In this document: piece after piece, positions 31,382 to 43,200 of the stretch
How positions within the stretch are numbered: position 1 is the stretch's first letter
Layout: every line of letters starts with the position of its first letter
NCBI GenBank assembly: GCA_029850585.1
Contig: JARCRQ010000012.1
Span: 6,130-70,129, forward strand
Direction of reading: 5' to 3'
Origin: Sideroxydans sp.
Lineage (GTDB): Bacteria > Pseudomonadota > Gammaproteobacteria > Burkholderiales > Gallionellaceae
Length of the DNA stretch: 64,000 nt
The notes under the pieces: generated by a model
What the model was told of the DNA's origin: nothing
The model's database searches: none
Seen by the model: only the letters and a program-made list of their open reading frames with translations
Program-made: the position numbers and the translations under genes

Positions 31382-31736
31382 GAAAATTATGTTGGTGGAT
31401 GACTCGGCAACCGAGCGTCATCTAATTGGTGAAATTTTGACTAAGGCAGGCTTCCAAGTCATCGTCATCGAAGACGGCGAACACGCCGTGGCGCAATCCA
31501 AAATCGACCTACCTGATTTAATCGTGATGGACGTGGTGATGCCCGGCTTGAATGGCTTTCAAGCCACCCGCGCAATTACCAAAGACCCCGTAACCGCCCA
31601 TATCCCCGTGATTCTTTGCACCACTAAAGACCAAGAAACCGACAAAGTTTGGGGCTTGCGTCAAGGTGCGAAAGACTATGTCACCAAGCCTGTCAACGGC
31701 GCAGATTTGCTCGGCAAAATTGCCGCGCTGGCATAA
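31371..31736 (+). CDS. pilH: twitching motility response regulator PilH
   Basis: VDDSATE, TTKDQETDKVWGLRQGA motifs. Confidence 0.92.
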   Translation: MAIKKIMLVDDSATERHLIGEILTKAGFQVIVIEDGEHAVAQSKIDLPDLIVMDVVMPGLNGFQATRAITKDPVTAHIPVILCTTKDQETDKVWGLRQGAKDYVTKPVNGADLLGKIAALA

Positions 31737-31747
31737 AGATTTAGGCA

Positions 31748-32230
31748 ATGGCAAATCGCATCAATCTGCGCGAGTTTCAGCAAGCTCTAACCGCGCGCAT
31801 TACCAACAGCGCGAGCGCGCAACAACAAATCTCCACCTTGGGCGTGATGATTGCGGGACAGCATTATGTGCTGGACATGGCGGACATCAGCGAAGTGCTG
31901 GAACGCTCGCGGGCGACCGCCATTCCGCTCAGTCAGCCTTGGGTAGTGGGCATGACCAATGTACGCGGGGTGTTGTATTGCATTAGCGATATTGCCGCCT
32001 ATCTCAAGCTGGGCAAGGCATCAGGCAATAGTGACAACCGTTTGTTGTTGGTAGCGGAACGGTTCGGCTTTAATGCCGCGTTGTTGGTTGATAGCGTGCT
32101 GGGCTTGCGCGATGTGCAAACCTTTACCGCACAGCAAGATCATTACTTAGATGCGCAACAACTGGTGTGGCGCAAGCTCGATGTAGCGGGCTTGTTGCAA
32201 CAAAGCGAATTCTTACAAATCGGCGCATAG
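31748..32230 (+). CDS. pilI: CheW-like adaptor PilI
   Basis: [10 protein letters not shown]; operon position. Confidence 0.85.
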   Translation: MANRINLREFQQALTARITNSASAQQQISTLGVMIAGQHYVLDMADISEVLERSRATAIPLSQPWVVGMTNVRGVLYCISDIAAYLKLGKASGNSDNRLLLVAERFGFNAALLVDSVLGLRDVQTFTAQQDHYLDAQQLVWRKLDVAGLLQQSEFLQIGA

Positions 32231-32283
32231 CCGAACATTTTTATAAAGCAGCGCGTATCCAAACGCGCCGAGGGAGAGCAGCA

Positions 32284-34266
32284 ATGGCAAACAACGCACT
32301 GAGCAGAAAACTAAAAAAACTAAGTGAGGGCATCCCCTTATTTCGCGCCTTACCGGGTACCAAAGAATTAAAACTGTTGGCAACGGCGTTGTTTTTCACC
32401 CTAGTGATTACCTTGGTTACGGGGTTTTATGCCAACCGAGGCGCAAGCCGTATTACTGAATACGCGCTGATTGCGACCAACGTGGAATTGTTTACCGAGC
32501 GTCTGTCTACCGCAGCCAAAATTGCCGTAACGGGAAATAGCGAAGCGTTTGATGATTTGGATGCCGCACGCATCAGTTTGATTGAAAACTTAGCCACACT
32601 CGATAAAGGTAAAGGCAATATGGCGGCGACGTTTGGTCGTCCCCGCGTGGTACTGGATGCGGCGTTAATCAACGCCAACAAAATCGACACCGATGCCATG
32701 CTGATTTCCAATGGTCGCGCCGCGCTGGTAACTTTATCGCGTTCGATTGAGGCGATTAGTTTGGGCGATACCGAATTCCGTAGCTTGCAAGAGCAGTTAC
32801 GCAATAGCGTGAATCATGATTTAGCCAGCACCTTCCAATTATCCGTGGTGCAAATTGCGCGTGATGCCGCGTATTTGCTGGGTTCTAGCTTGAGCTTGGA
32901 ACAACTGGCGCAACTCGGTATCGACACTTACGCCGCCGAAGCCGCCTTAGCCGCGATGCCTGCGGGCGACCCGACCGTACAGCGCGCTGCTGAGTTGTTT
33001 GAACCGTACCGCAGCGCGGTGGAAACCTTGGTTGGACAATCGCGTCGCTTGGTGGAAGCCAAGGCCGCGCTGGTTGAGCTGGAGCAAGGCTCTGGCAAGC
33101 TGATTAAACAAAGTCAAGAGTTGCGTACCCTGTACCAAGCCAGCTTGCTGACCAAAGGCTTAGGGATTGCGGCGATTGTGTTCGCGCTGCTCACTTTGAT
33201 TTTCTTGACCATGCTGATTCGCGTGTACTTCGCCGACGTCAAACATGCCGCCGCACGCGAACGCACCATTAACCAAACCAATCAGAACGCGATTCTGTTG
33301 CTGATGAACGAATTGAGCGATTTGGCGGATGGTGATTTGACCGTTAAAGCGACGGTGGGTGAACAAATTACGGGGGCGATTGCGGACTCGGTGAATTACA
33401 CCGCTGAAGAATTGCGCAAACTGGTCGCGGGGATTACCAATGCGGCGTTGCGAATGGGGCAAGCCACCCAGCAGGCGGATAACATTTCTAAAGATTTATT
33501 GTTAGCGGGTCAAAAACAAGCCCATGAAATTCAAGATACCGAAGAAGCGGTACAGCTGATGGCGAAGTCTATTGCCGAGGTCGATAGCTCCGCGACCAAA
33601 GCGACCCGCGTGGGTAATCAAACTTTGGCAGCGTCTGAACAAGGCGCGCTGGCAGTGCGGAACGCGATTGCAGGTATGGACTCGATTCGCGAGCAGATTC
33701 AAGAAACGGCGAAACGAATTAAACGTCTGGGTGAAAGCTCACAAGAAATTGGTGAAATCGTGGATTTGATTTCGGACATTACCGAACAAACCAACGTGCT
33801 GGCGTTGAACGCAGCGATTCAAGCCGCCTCGGCGGGTGAGGCAGGACGCGGCTTCTCGGTGGTTGCGGAAGAGGTGCAACGCTTGGCGGAACGTTCCGCC
33901 GAGGCGACCAAGCAGATTGGTGCGCTGGTTAAAACCATTCAAAGCGATACTTACGATGCGGTGGCGGCGATGGAAACCAGTACCGTCGGGGTGGTCGATG
34001 GGGCGAAGTTGGCGGATGCGGCGGGACAATCGTTGCAAGAAATTCAACTGGTGTCGAAAGAGCTGGCTGCCTTGATTAACAGTATTTCGGTGACCACTCA
34101 AGTGCAGACCGACATGGTGAGTGAAGTGTCTAGCAGTATGCGCGACATTTTGACCATTACGGGACAAACCACCGAGGGTACGCGCCAAACGGCGGTGTCG
34201 GTTGCGCAGTTAAATACCTTGGCGAGCGAATTGAGCGCGTCGGTCGCAGGCTTTAAGGTCGAGTAA
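32284..34266 (+). CDS. pilJ: methyl-accepting chemotaxis protein PilJ
   Basis: [23 protein letters not shown]; start moved to MANNAL with GGAG RBS. Confidence 0.92.
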   Translation: MANNALSRKLKKLSEGIPLFRALPGTKELKLLATALFFTLVITLVTGFYANRGASRITEYALIATNVELFTERLSTAAKIAVTGNSEAFDDLDAARISLIENLATLDKGKGNMAATFGRPRVVLDAALINANKIDTDAMLISNGRAALVTLSRSIEAISLGDTEFRSLQEQLRNSVNHDLASTFQLSVVQIARDAAYLLGSSLSLEQLAQLGIDTYAAEAALAAMPAGDPTVQRAAELFEPYRSAVETLVGQSRRLVEAKAALVELEQGSGKLIKQSQELRTLYQASLLTKGLGIAAIVFALLTLIFLTMLIRVYFADVKHAAARERTINQTNQNAILLLMNELSDLADGDLTVKATVGEQITGAIADSVNYTAEELRKLVAGITNAALRMGQATQQADNISKDLLLAGQKQAHEIQDTEEAVQLMAKSIAEVDSSATKATRVGNQTLAASEQGALAVRNAIAGMDSIREQIQETAKRIKRLGESSQEIGEIVDLISDITEQTNVLALNAAIQAASAGEAGRGFSVVAEEVQRLAERSAEATKQIGALVKTIQSDTYDAVAAMETSTVGVVDGAKLADAAGQSLQEIQLVSKELAALINSISVTTQVQTDMVSEVSSSMRDILTITGQTTEGTRQTAVSVAQLNTLASELSASVAGFKVE

Positions 34267-34284
34267 CTCAACTGGACTGAAGAC

Positions 34285-37200
34285 ATGAATAACGCTCAAC
34301 ATCAAGCCGCGCTTGCCGTGGTCAAGCCGGGCATCACGGAAGCTCTCACCGTGATTCAGGCGCAATTAGCCATTTTTTTTGCGCATCCTGGCGCGCAAAT
34401 TACGCCGCTACAAATTGCCATTGCCGAAGTTAAACGCATTGCGGGCGCGTGCCAGATGGTTGCGATGCCTGGTTTGGCGGTGTTTTGTGCCGAGTTGGAG
34501 CAAGGTTTTATTGAACTCGCCGTGCGTCCCGCACAAGCCTCGGTGTTGCATAACGAAACCTTCAGCGCAGCACTGCAAAACTTTAGCGACTACTTAAGCG
34601 AAATCGAACAAGGCGCGGATAACGCCACCTTGCGAGTGTTCCCCTCCTACGAAAAACTACAACACTTGCGTGGCTTAGAAATGTCCTTTGATGAGGATTT
34701 ATTTTTCCCCGATTTGGCAGTTCAATTACCCGCCAACATTTTGGCTGCGGTCGAGGTAAGCGATGCCGCCGCGCAACTCAAAGCCGCGCGCAACCAATAT
34801 CAACAAGGCTTGTTGGGCTATCTGCGCCAGCCCGATAAGTCTGCCGCCCTGCAACAAATGCAACAAGCCTTGCACAGCATCAGAGCCTCGATTCCTGCCG
34901 ATTTAGGTCGTGCCTATTGGTGGGTAGCAGAAGAATTTTTAGCGTGCGTCAGCGTAGGTGGGCAAGGCGACAGCGTTAATGTGTCGCGCCTGTTATCACG
35001 TCTCGATGCGCAAGCGCGCGCCTTAATCGAAGCGCGCCCAGTTGAAACGCTGCCCGAAATCAATCAAATGCTGTACGTCATCGGGCGCGCCGCCAATGGC
35101 AGTCGCAGCATTAAAACAATATATGACCTAGACCGTTATTTGCCCGCGCCGAATAGCCTCGCGCCGTCGCAACTGAATAAACGCTTGCTGGTAATAGGCG
35201 AGCAATTAACCGAAGCAGAAGAAAGTTTAGAACGCGCGCAACAAGGCGATGTTGCCGCGCTGACCGCCTATCAAGCGCAAACCACGCTGATTGCGCAGTA
35301 TTGCCAACTGCTCAACGAAGGCTCAATCAAAACGCTGGCAAATGATTTGGCGGCGTTTGCCAAGCAGTACAAAGCCGATGACACACAAACCTTGCTGGGA
35401 TTAAGTTTGGCGTTGGCGATGTTGGGCTTGCAGCGTGCCGTGCGCGACTATCGTCGTCTCGACGGCGGCTTTGCTGAACAAACCGTGTTACTCAGCGATG
35501 ACATGCAAGCGAGCGCAGAAGGCAAATATCTCGCCGATACCAAACTATTACGCTTTGCCGAATTGTCCAGCCATAGCAGCAGTCGCGATGCCTTAGCCCC
35601 GCTCAGCAAAGCCTTGGGCGACAATTTGCGCCAAGTCGAAAGCGTACTGACCGCCTTGTTTGAAGATGCCGAACAACGCGACGGACTGGGCAAATTGCCC
35701 GCGCTGTTAGCCCAAGTGGCGGGCGCATTAGCCCTAATCGAACATCACGATGCCGCCTTATTAGCGCGCGATTTACATACCGCCGTCGAGACCCTGTCGC
35801 ACCACACCAGCTTGCTCAGCCTGCCTGAGAGCCGCGCCTTAGCCAATGCTGTGAGCAGCTTGGATAGCTATTGCCAAGTGCTCGCCGATACCGCCGCGTG
35901 TGGCGCACTGCAAGACGCGCTGATTGCCGCCACGCATGGCTTGCGCGCGCAAAGCGTGTTGCTGCCGAACACCGTAGCCTTGGTCAAAGCCAGCAACGCC
36001 CGCGTCGCCGCGCCGCCGAGCAGCAAGAGCGAAGATGCCGAATTATTGGAAATTTTCTTGGAAGAAGCGCGCGAAGTACTGACCATCGTGCAAGAAAATT
36101 TGGAACTCAGCCAACTGCATCCCGATACGCAAGCCTATGTGGTCACAATACGGCGTGGCTTCCATACCCTCAAAGGCAGCGGGCGCATGGTGGGACTCAT
36201 CGACTTAGGCGATGTAGCGTGGCATGTCGAACGCGCCATGAATGCTTGGCTCAAAGAAGAACGGCCGATTAGCCCCGCCTTGATTGCCATGATAGAACTC
36301 GCCATTCGCCAATTTGGTGAGTGGGTGAGCAGCCTGCAAAAAACGGGGCGCGCCCAGATTGTTGCCGATGAACTTAAGCAATGTGCCGCGCAAATTGAAA
36401 ATCCACACGCGCCTGTTGCCCTCACGGCAAGCCCTGCCAGCCCAGCTGCCGCCGAACCTCACGACAGCGCGTTAAGTTTCAGCGCGCTGGATGAAGCGAT
36501 GCCCGTCAGTGCTGCACCTGCTGCCAGTACCGCGCTGGAATTGAGTATCGAGCCACAGGCTGATGCGCCGCTCGAATTCAGTATTGAGCCAGCCGTTGCA
36601 GTTAGTGCGCCCGCCGCGCTCAGTCTCGCCAGCAGCAGCGAAGAAGTGGTGCAAACCAGTGAAAATTTAGAGCTGGAAATCCTCGAAATTTTCTTGGAAG
36701 AAGCCGCCGAAGTGTTGAGCAATTTGCAAGCCTATTTGGCACTGGCACAAGCGCAGCCGCATGACCATAGCAACTTCGTCAACATCCGCCGCAGCTTCCA
36801 CACCCTCAAGGGCAGTGGACGCATGGTCGGCTTGAGCAAGCTCGGCGAAGTGGCATGGAATGTCGAGCGCGCCATGAATGCTTGGCTCAAACAAGACCAC
36901 GCGCCGACTGCTGGCGTGTGCCAGATGGTGGACTTAGCCATCACGCAATTTGGCGAATGGATTGCCAGCATCAAACAACACGGCGCGGCGCATATCCAAG
37001 CGGGCGAACTGAACGCCTTAGCCGCACACATCGAGCAAGGCACACCCGCCGCAGCGGTGGTTACGCCTGATGCAGCACCGAGCGCAATCGCGCTGGATTT
37101 GCTCGGCGATGAAGCAGTCGCACAAATTGCGCAAGTCGCGCCTGTGTTGGCTGAAATTGCGCCAGCCGCACCCGTATTGGCGCAGCCAGCCGAGCCAGTA

Positions 37201-39939
37201 ACAGTTGCTGACGCGGCAGCAGTGCAGGAAGAAGCGGGCGAACCCGACGCGATTCAAATCGGCAGCGTCAGCTTGTCGCCAACCTTGTTTAGCATCGGCA
37301 CGGAAGAATCAAAACAAAACGTAGCCAAATTACGCAGCCAGTTGAGCGCGCTGCGCGAGTTGGAGGTGGCGGTCATCGAGTACGACTTTATGCGTGCCGC
37401 GCACACCATCGTCGGCGTGAATCGCGCCATGGGCTTTGTGCCCGTGGTCGAGCTGGCATCGGCGTTAGAAAGCTGGTTGTTGATGCGCATCGAACATGCG
37501 TTTGATTTAATTCCTGCGCAATTTACCTTGCTGGAAAACAGCATCGAAAAACTCGCGCAAATGCTCGCGCAGATTAGCGCGCAACACTATCCCGATGCCG
37601 CCGCCGACTTAGTGCAAGCCTTGCAGCAAGACAAAGAAAAACTCAAAAACACCACCCCGCTCGCCAGTGTCATCACCCCCGTCATCGTGAGTGTTAAGCA
37701 AGACGATGAGCCGCAAGTACACGATGAAATCGACACCCAGTTGCTGCCGATTTTCTTGGAAGAAGCGGACGAATTGATTCCCAAAATTGGCGAGGCATTA
37801 CGCCAGTTGCGCGCCCAGCCCAACGACACCGAACCGCTGCATTTACTCAACCGTTTGCTGCATACCGCCAAGGGTAGCGCGCGCATGGCAGGGGCGATGC
37901 GGCTCGGTGATGTGGCGCACAAAATGGAAGACAAAATTTTGAATGCGGGCGGTCTCAAGCACGATGCTCATTATTGGGAACAGCTAGATGGCGATTACGA
38001 CTTCATCAGCGCGCTGCTCGAAGAATTGCGCACGGGAAAACCTGCGCTGGTCGCGGCAACGCCCGCCACGCAAGGCTCACGCAGCAGCGACGCACCCGTA
38101 CTTGCCGCTGTGGCACAGCTTGAAATCGGCGCAGAACGCGCCATGCAAGCCAATATGTTGCGCGTGCGCGCCGACGTGTTGGATCGCATGGTCAATGAAG
38201 CCAGCGAAATTAGCGTGGCACGTTCGCGTATGGAAGCCGAGCTGCGCGCCTTCAAAGAAGGCTTGTTGGAATTGACGGGTAGCGTGATGCGCTTGCGCAA
38301 GCAAGTGCGCGAAGTGGAAATCCAAGCCGAGACGCAAATGCAGGCGCGCGTCAGCGTGACGCAAGACAGCGCGGAACAATTTGACCCGCTCGAATTCGAC
38401 CGTTTTACGCGCTTGCAAGAACTCACCCGCTTCTTAAACGAAAGCGTGCATGACGTGCAAACGGTGCAGCAAACACTGCTGAAAAATTTGGACGAAACCT
38501 CGGCAGCGATGTCGGCACAAGCGCGCTTGAACCGCGAGCTGCAACAAAGTTTGATGAATATCCGCATGGTGCCGTTCAACAGCATCAACGATCGGCTGTA
38601 TCGCATCGTGCGTCAGACCAGCAAACAGCTCGGCAAACGCGCCAACTTAGATTTGATAGGCACAGGCGTAGAAATCGACCGCAGCGTGTTAGAAAAAATG
38701 ACCGCGCCGTTTGAACATTTGCTGCGCAACGCGATTGCGCATGGCTTGGAAAACGAAGCGCAGCGCGAACAAGCGGGCAAAGTCCCGTTCGGCGATATTC
38801 GTCTGGTCGTGAGCCAAGAAAACAACGAAGTGGTGTTTACTTTAAGTGATGACGGCGCGGGCTTAGATTTTGCCGCGCTACGCGAAAAAGCTATTGCCAA
38901 AGGCTTGCTACCCACCGATGACAACAGCTCTGAAGCCGAACTCACGCAACTCATTTTTGCCACGGGTTTAACCACCGCCAGCGAAGTCAGCGAAATCGCG
39001 GGACGCGGCATCGGCATGGACGTGGTGCGCAGCGAAATCGCGGGCTTAGGCGGACGTATCGACGTGCAATCCACCACTGCCAAAGGCACGCAATTCACCA
39101 TTCATTTACCGCTCACCTTAGCGGTCACGCAAGTGTTGATGGTGCGCTGCAACGACGCGACCTATGCGATTCCTGCCGCGATGGTCACGCAAGTGCGCCA
39201 AGTTAAAGCCGCCGATATGGCCGCCTTGTATCAAGCCAATCAAATGGACTGGCAAGGCGTGAGCTACCCGCTGCAATACTTACCCACGCTGCTCGACGAA
39301 CACCATGCCGCAGCCGCAACCCAAGCGCGCAACACCGTGTTGCTGCTCAAGAGCGGCGCAAGCCTGATGGCGTTGCATGTCGATGAATTACTCGGCAATC
39401 AAGAAGCCGTGGTCAAAAATATCGGTCCGCAGTTATCGCGTTTAGCGGGCATTGCGGGGGCGACGGTGCGCGGCGATGGCGCAGTGGTATTGATTTTGAA
39501 TCCACTACAAATGCAACGCCGTCATCAACAACCCGCTCGCCCTAGCAGCGTAGCGGTTGAAGTGGCAAGCAAACCGTTGGTGATGGTGGTCGATGATTCA
39601 CTCACCGTGCGCAAAATCACCACACGCTTGCTGACCCGCTCAGGCTACGAAGTGGTCACTGCCAAAGACGGCGTGGACGCGTTAGAGCAGTTGCGCGACA
39701 TCAAACCGATGGTGATGTTAGTGGACGTAGAAATGCCGCGTATGGATGGCTTTGAACTAACCAAAGAAGTGCGCCGCGCCATTGCCACCAAAGCCATTCC
39801 TATCATTATGATTACCTCGCGCACCGCCGATAAACACCGCGAACACGCCATGCAACTCGGCGTAAATGCCTACCTAGGTAAGCCCTATCAAGAAGACGAT
39901 TTGCTCGCCCGAATTGCAGCGTTTGTAGCAGGGAAATAA
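34285..39939 (+). CDS. chpA: ChpA/PilL hybrid histidine kinase (multiple Hpt, HATPase, CheW, REC)
   Basis: FHTLKGSGRM x2, LHTAKGSARM, EHLLRNAIAHG, GRGIGMDVV, C-terminal receiver. Confidence 0.92.
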   Translation: MNNAQHQAALAVVKPGITEALTVIQAQLAIFFAHPGAQITPLQIAIAEVKRIAGACQMVAMPGLAVFCAELEQGFIELAVRPAQASVLHNETFSAALQNFSDYLSEIEQGADNATLRVFPSYEKLQHLRGLEMSFDEDLFFPDLAVQLPANILAAVEVSDAAAQLKAARNQYQQGLLGYLRQPDKSAALQQMQQALHSIRASIPADLGRAYWWVAEEFLACVSVGGQGDSVNVSRLLSRLDAQARALIEARPVETLPEINQMLYVIGRAANGSRSIKTIYDLDRYLPAPNSLAPSQLNKRLLVIGEQLTEAEESLERAQQGDVAALTAYQAQTTLIAQYCQLLNEGSIKTLANDLAAFAKQYKADDTQTLLGLSLALAMLGLQRAVRDYRRLDGGFAEQTVLLSDDMQASAEGKYLADTKLLRFAELSSHSSSRDALAPLSKALGDNLRQVESVLTALFEDAEQRDGLGKLPALLAQVAGALALIEHHDAALLARDLHTAVETLSHHTSLLSLPESRALANAVSSLDSYCQVLADTAACGALQDALIAATHGLRAQSVLLPNTVALVKASNARVAAPPSSKSEDAELLEIFLEEAREVLTIVQENLELSQLHPDTQAYVVTIRRGFHTLKGSGRMVGLIDLGDVAWHVERAMNAWLKEERPISPALIAMIELAIRQFGEWVSSLQKTGRAQIVADELKQCAAQIENPHAPVALTASPASPAAAEPHDSALSFSALDEAMPVSAAPAASTALELSIEPQADAPLEFSIEPAVAVSAPAALSLASSSEEVVQTSENLELEILEIFLEEAAEVLSNLQAYLALAQAQPHDHSNFVNIRRSFHTLKGSGRMVGLSKLGEVAWNVERAMNAWLKQDHAPTAGVCQMVDLAITQFGEWIASIKQHGAAHIQAGELNALAAHIEQGTPAAAVVTPDAAPSAIALDLLGDEAVAQIAQVAPVLAEIAPAAPVLAQPAEPVTVADAAAVQEEAGEPDAIQIGSVSLSPTLFSIGTEESKQNVAKLRSQLSALRELEVAVIEYDFMRAAHTIVGVNRAMGFVPVVELASALESWLLMRIEHAFDLIPAQFTLLENSIEKLAQMLAQISAQHYPDAAADLVQALQQDKEKLKNTTPLASVITPVIVSVKQDDEPQVHDEIDTQLLPIFLEEADELIPKIGEALRQLRAQPNDTEPLHLLNRLLHTAKGSARMAGAMRLGDVAHKMEDKILNAGGLKHDAHYWEQLDGDYDFISALLEELRTGKPALVAATPATQGSRSSDAPVLAAVAQLEIGAERAMQANMLRVRADVLDRMVNEASEISVARSRMEAELRAFKEGLLELTGSVMRLRKQVREVEIQAETQMQARVSVTQDSAEQFDPLEFDRFTRLQELTRFLNESVHDVQTVQQTLLKNLDETSAAMSAQARLNRELQQSLMNIRMVPFNSINDRLYRIVRQTSKQLGKRANLDLIGTGVEIDRSVLEKMTAPFEHLLRNAIAHGLENEAQREQAGKVPFGDIRLVVSQENNEVVFTLSDDGAGLDFAALREKAIAKGLLPTDDNSSEAELTQLIFATGLTTASEVSEIAGRGIGMDVVRSEIAGLGGRIDVQSTTAKGTQFTIHLPLTLAVTQVLMVRCNDATYAIPAAMVTQVRQVKAADMAALYQANQMDWQGVSYPLQYLPTLLDEHHAAAATQARNTVLLLKSGASLMALHVDELLGNQEAVVKNIGPQLSRLAGIAGATVRGDGAVVLILNPLQMQRRHQQPARPSSVAVEVASKPLVMVVDDSLTVRKITTRLLTRSGYEVVTAKDGVDALEQLRDIKPMVMLVDVEMPRMDGFELTKEVRRAIATKAIPIIMITSRTADKHREHAMQLGVNAYLGKPYQEDDLLARIAAFVAGK

Positions 39940-39960
39940 TTGCAACGCGCATGTCATTAA

Positions 39961-39992
39961 AAAAATAGCCACGACCTGTCGTGGCTATTTTT
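39961..39992. terminator. bidirectional terminator
   Basis: AAAAATAGCCACGAC/GTCGTGGCTATTTTT. Confidence 0.85.
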
Positions 39993-40082
39993 ATGGGCGC
40001 AAGCACACACATCAACAGCTAAGCGCGGTTTTAATTCCGAGCCGACTAGCAAATGCTGATACTGCGCGACGTTGGTCGTACC

Positions 40083-40191
40083 AAAAGGAAAAGCCCGACA
40101 GCTTGCGCTATCGGGCTTTGGATACAGATTCAGCCTTTCGGCTTTATCTTTATTGTAGCAACGGCTCTCACCCCGGATGAACTACTACAAC
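40083..40191 (-). ncRNA. tracrRNA
   Basis: Anti-repeat 40152-40185 (UAGUUCAUCCGGGGUGAGAGCCGUUGCUACAAU), then an AGCC-GAAA-GGCU hairpin and terminator AAAGCCCGAUAGC-GCAA-GCUGUCGGGCUUU; -10 GATAAT at 40204-40199. Ends are estimated. Confidence 0.88.
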
Positions 40192-40217
40192 GGGGTGGAT
40201 TATCAGGGAGAACACGC

Positions 40218-43200
40218 ATGGCTAGCAAGCATAAAAATTTAGGCGCACTGACTTTCGGACTCGACATCGGCATCGCCTCGGTGGGCTGGGCGGTGTTGGG
40301 CGAGAACCGTATTATTGATTTGGGCGTGCGCGCTTTTGATAAAGCGGAAACCGCCAAAGAAGGCGAATCGCTTAATCTGGCACGACGCTCTGCGCGCTTG
40401 TTGCGCCGTCGTTTGCGTCGCCGCGCATGGCGGCTCACCAAGCTCAACCGATTATTCAAACGCGAAGGGCTGATTGCACACCCCTTAGCCCTGCGCAGCC
40501 CATTTACCCAATCGCTTTGGCAACTGCGCGTTGCCGCGCTGGATCGAAAACTGAATGTCGAAGAATGGGCGCGCGTCATTCAACACTTATGCAAACATCG
40601 CGGCTTTTATTGGATTAGTCGCGCCGAAGAAAAGGCGGCAGAAGGCCATAGTAAAAGTGAAGGCGGCAAGGTCAAGCAAGGACTAGCTGGCACGAAGCAA
40701 AAGATGCAGGAGAATAACTACCGCACTGCCGCAGAAATGGTGTTGACTGAATTCCCCGATGCGCAGCGCAACAAGCAAGGCGACTACAGCAAAGCCCTTT
40801 CGCGGGTGTTACTGAGCGAAGAATTTGCCTTGCTGTTTCAGCGTCAACGCGAATTGGGCAACCCACACACCAGCACTGAATTTCAAGAAAAGATACTCGG
40901 CAACGGCGATAAAAAAAGTGGCTTGTTCTGGCAACAAAATCCTGCTTTGTCGGGTGCAGCATTACTCAAAATGCTCGGTAAATGTACCTTTGAAAAAAGC
41001 GAATATCGCGCGCCGAAAGCTAGTTTCACCGCTGAACGCCACGTCTGGCTGACGCGCTTAAATAATCTGCGTATCGTAGTGGGCGGCACAACTCGTTCGT
41101 TGAATGACGCGGAGCGACGCACCGCTCTGCCGTTGCCTTATTTACAAGCGGGTGACTTGAGCTACAAACAGTTGGGTAGTGCTTTAATCAAGGCGAATCT
41201 GTTAGATAAAGACCGCTTCAAATTTACGGGGCTGGTTTACTCCAACAAACAATCTGCCGACGAAAAAACTAAAGACCCCGAAACCACAACGCTGTGCAAA
41301 CTTCCCGCTTGGCAAACTTTGCATAAAACCTTGAAAGACGCGGGGCTGGAAAGCGAATGGCAACAGATTGCTAGTGATGCGTTGCAAGGCAAGTCGCAAC
41401 TGCTGGACGACATCGCTTGGGTGTTGAGCGTTTACAAAGAAGATACCGAAGTCGAAGCCGAATTGCGCAAGTTAACATTGCCGAATAAAGACAAGCTGGT
41501 GCAGGTGTTGAGCTATGTGAGCTTCGATAAATTTAGCAATCTCTCGCTCAAAGCATTACGCCAAATCGTGCCATTGATGGAACTCGGTCAGCGTTACGAC
41601 GAAGCCGTTGCCAATATCCCCGAATATGGTCATCACAGCCAATTGCATGTGGTCGGTACGGGTGAGCACAAATACCTACCGCCGTTTTACAAAGAGCGCG
41701 ACAAAGACGGGCGCATGGTGTTCGACGAGGACATGGATATACCGCGTAATCCCGTCGTGCTGCGCGCGCTCAATCAAGCACGCAAAGTGGTCAATGCGCT
41801 CATCAAAGAGTATGGCTCGCCGCATGAAGTACATATCGAAATGGCGCGGGACTTATCGCGACCATTGAAAGAACGGCTCGAAATTAAAAAAGAGCAAGAA
41901 GGCTATCGCGACCGTAACGAAAAAGCCAAAACCGACTTCGCCAGCGACTTCAATATTGTTGGCGCGGTCAAAGGCAAAGAGTTTGAAAAATATATGCTGT
42001 ATCGCGAGCAACAAGGCAAGTGCGCTTACTCCGTCGAAGCGATGGACATCAACCGTTTGTTTGAGCTGGGCTATGTGGAAATCGACCATGCCCTGCCTTA
42101 TTCGCGCAGTTTTGACGATAGTAAAAATAATCGCGTATTGGTTTTGGCACGAGAGAATCGCAACAAAGGCAACCAGACTCCTTACGAATATCTGGATGGC
42201 AAAAGCGATAGCGCACGCTGGCGGCAATTTGTCGCGTTTGTCGAAGGTAATAAAACCTATCGGCAAGCTAAACGCAGCCGCTTATTGCGCAAAGATTTTG
42301 GTGCAGATGAAGCCAAAGGATTTCGTGAGCGCAATCTCAATGACACACGCTATATCTGCAAATTTTTCAAAAACTATGTCGAGCAATATTTGCAACTGCA
42401 TGAAGACAGCGAGGCGAAAAGATGCGTGGTGCTAAGTGGGCAGATGACTTCATTTTTGCGCGCCCGTTGGGGCTTGGTCAAAGTACGCAGCGATAGCGAC
42501 AGACATCACGCGCTGGATGCCGTGGTGGTCGCTGCGTGCAGCCACAGCATGGTGAAACGCTTGTCCGACTATTCGCGCCGCAAAGAGTTGCAGCAAGTCC
42601 GCGAGGGCTTTGTTGATGTAGATACGGGCGAGATTGTGAATCCCGCGATGTTCCAACAGTTGCACGAACACTTTCCCGACCCGTGGCAAAATTTTCGCGA
42701 TGAAGTGCAGTTACGTTTGAACATCGACGATGCCACTTTACTGCGCAGCGAAATGGAAAAATTCGGCACGTATTCCGATGCCGCACTGCAAGCCCCCCGT
42801 CCGCTATTTGTCTCGCGCGCACCGCAACGTCGTAACAGCGGTGCGGCGCATAAAGACACCATTTACGCGCAACCAGAACGCTTGGTTGCACAAGGCGGTG
42901 TGACGCAAAAAGTATCGCTCACCAGCTTGACTTTGAAAGACCTCGACAAGCTCATTGACCCGCACCGCAACGAAAAACTTTACGCCGCGATTCGCGCACG
43001 TTTGGAACAACACGGTGGTAAAGGCGACAAGGCATTTCCCGCCAACAACCCACTGCGTAAGCCTGACAGCGAGGGCAATCCAACAGGCCCGATCGTGCGC
43101 GGCGTGACGATGGTGATAGACAAACTTTCGGGTATCCCGATACGCGGCGGTATTGCTAAAAACGACACGATGCTGCGAGTGGATGTGTTCACTAAAGCGA

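Noticed and set aside
40053-40217. 55-aa N-terminal extension of Cas9 in the ORF track
   Set aside because: It is the antisense of the tracrRNA; the RBS and RuvC-I position support the start at 40218.
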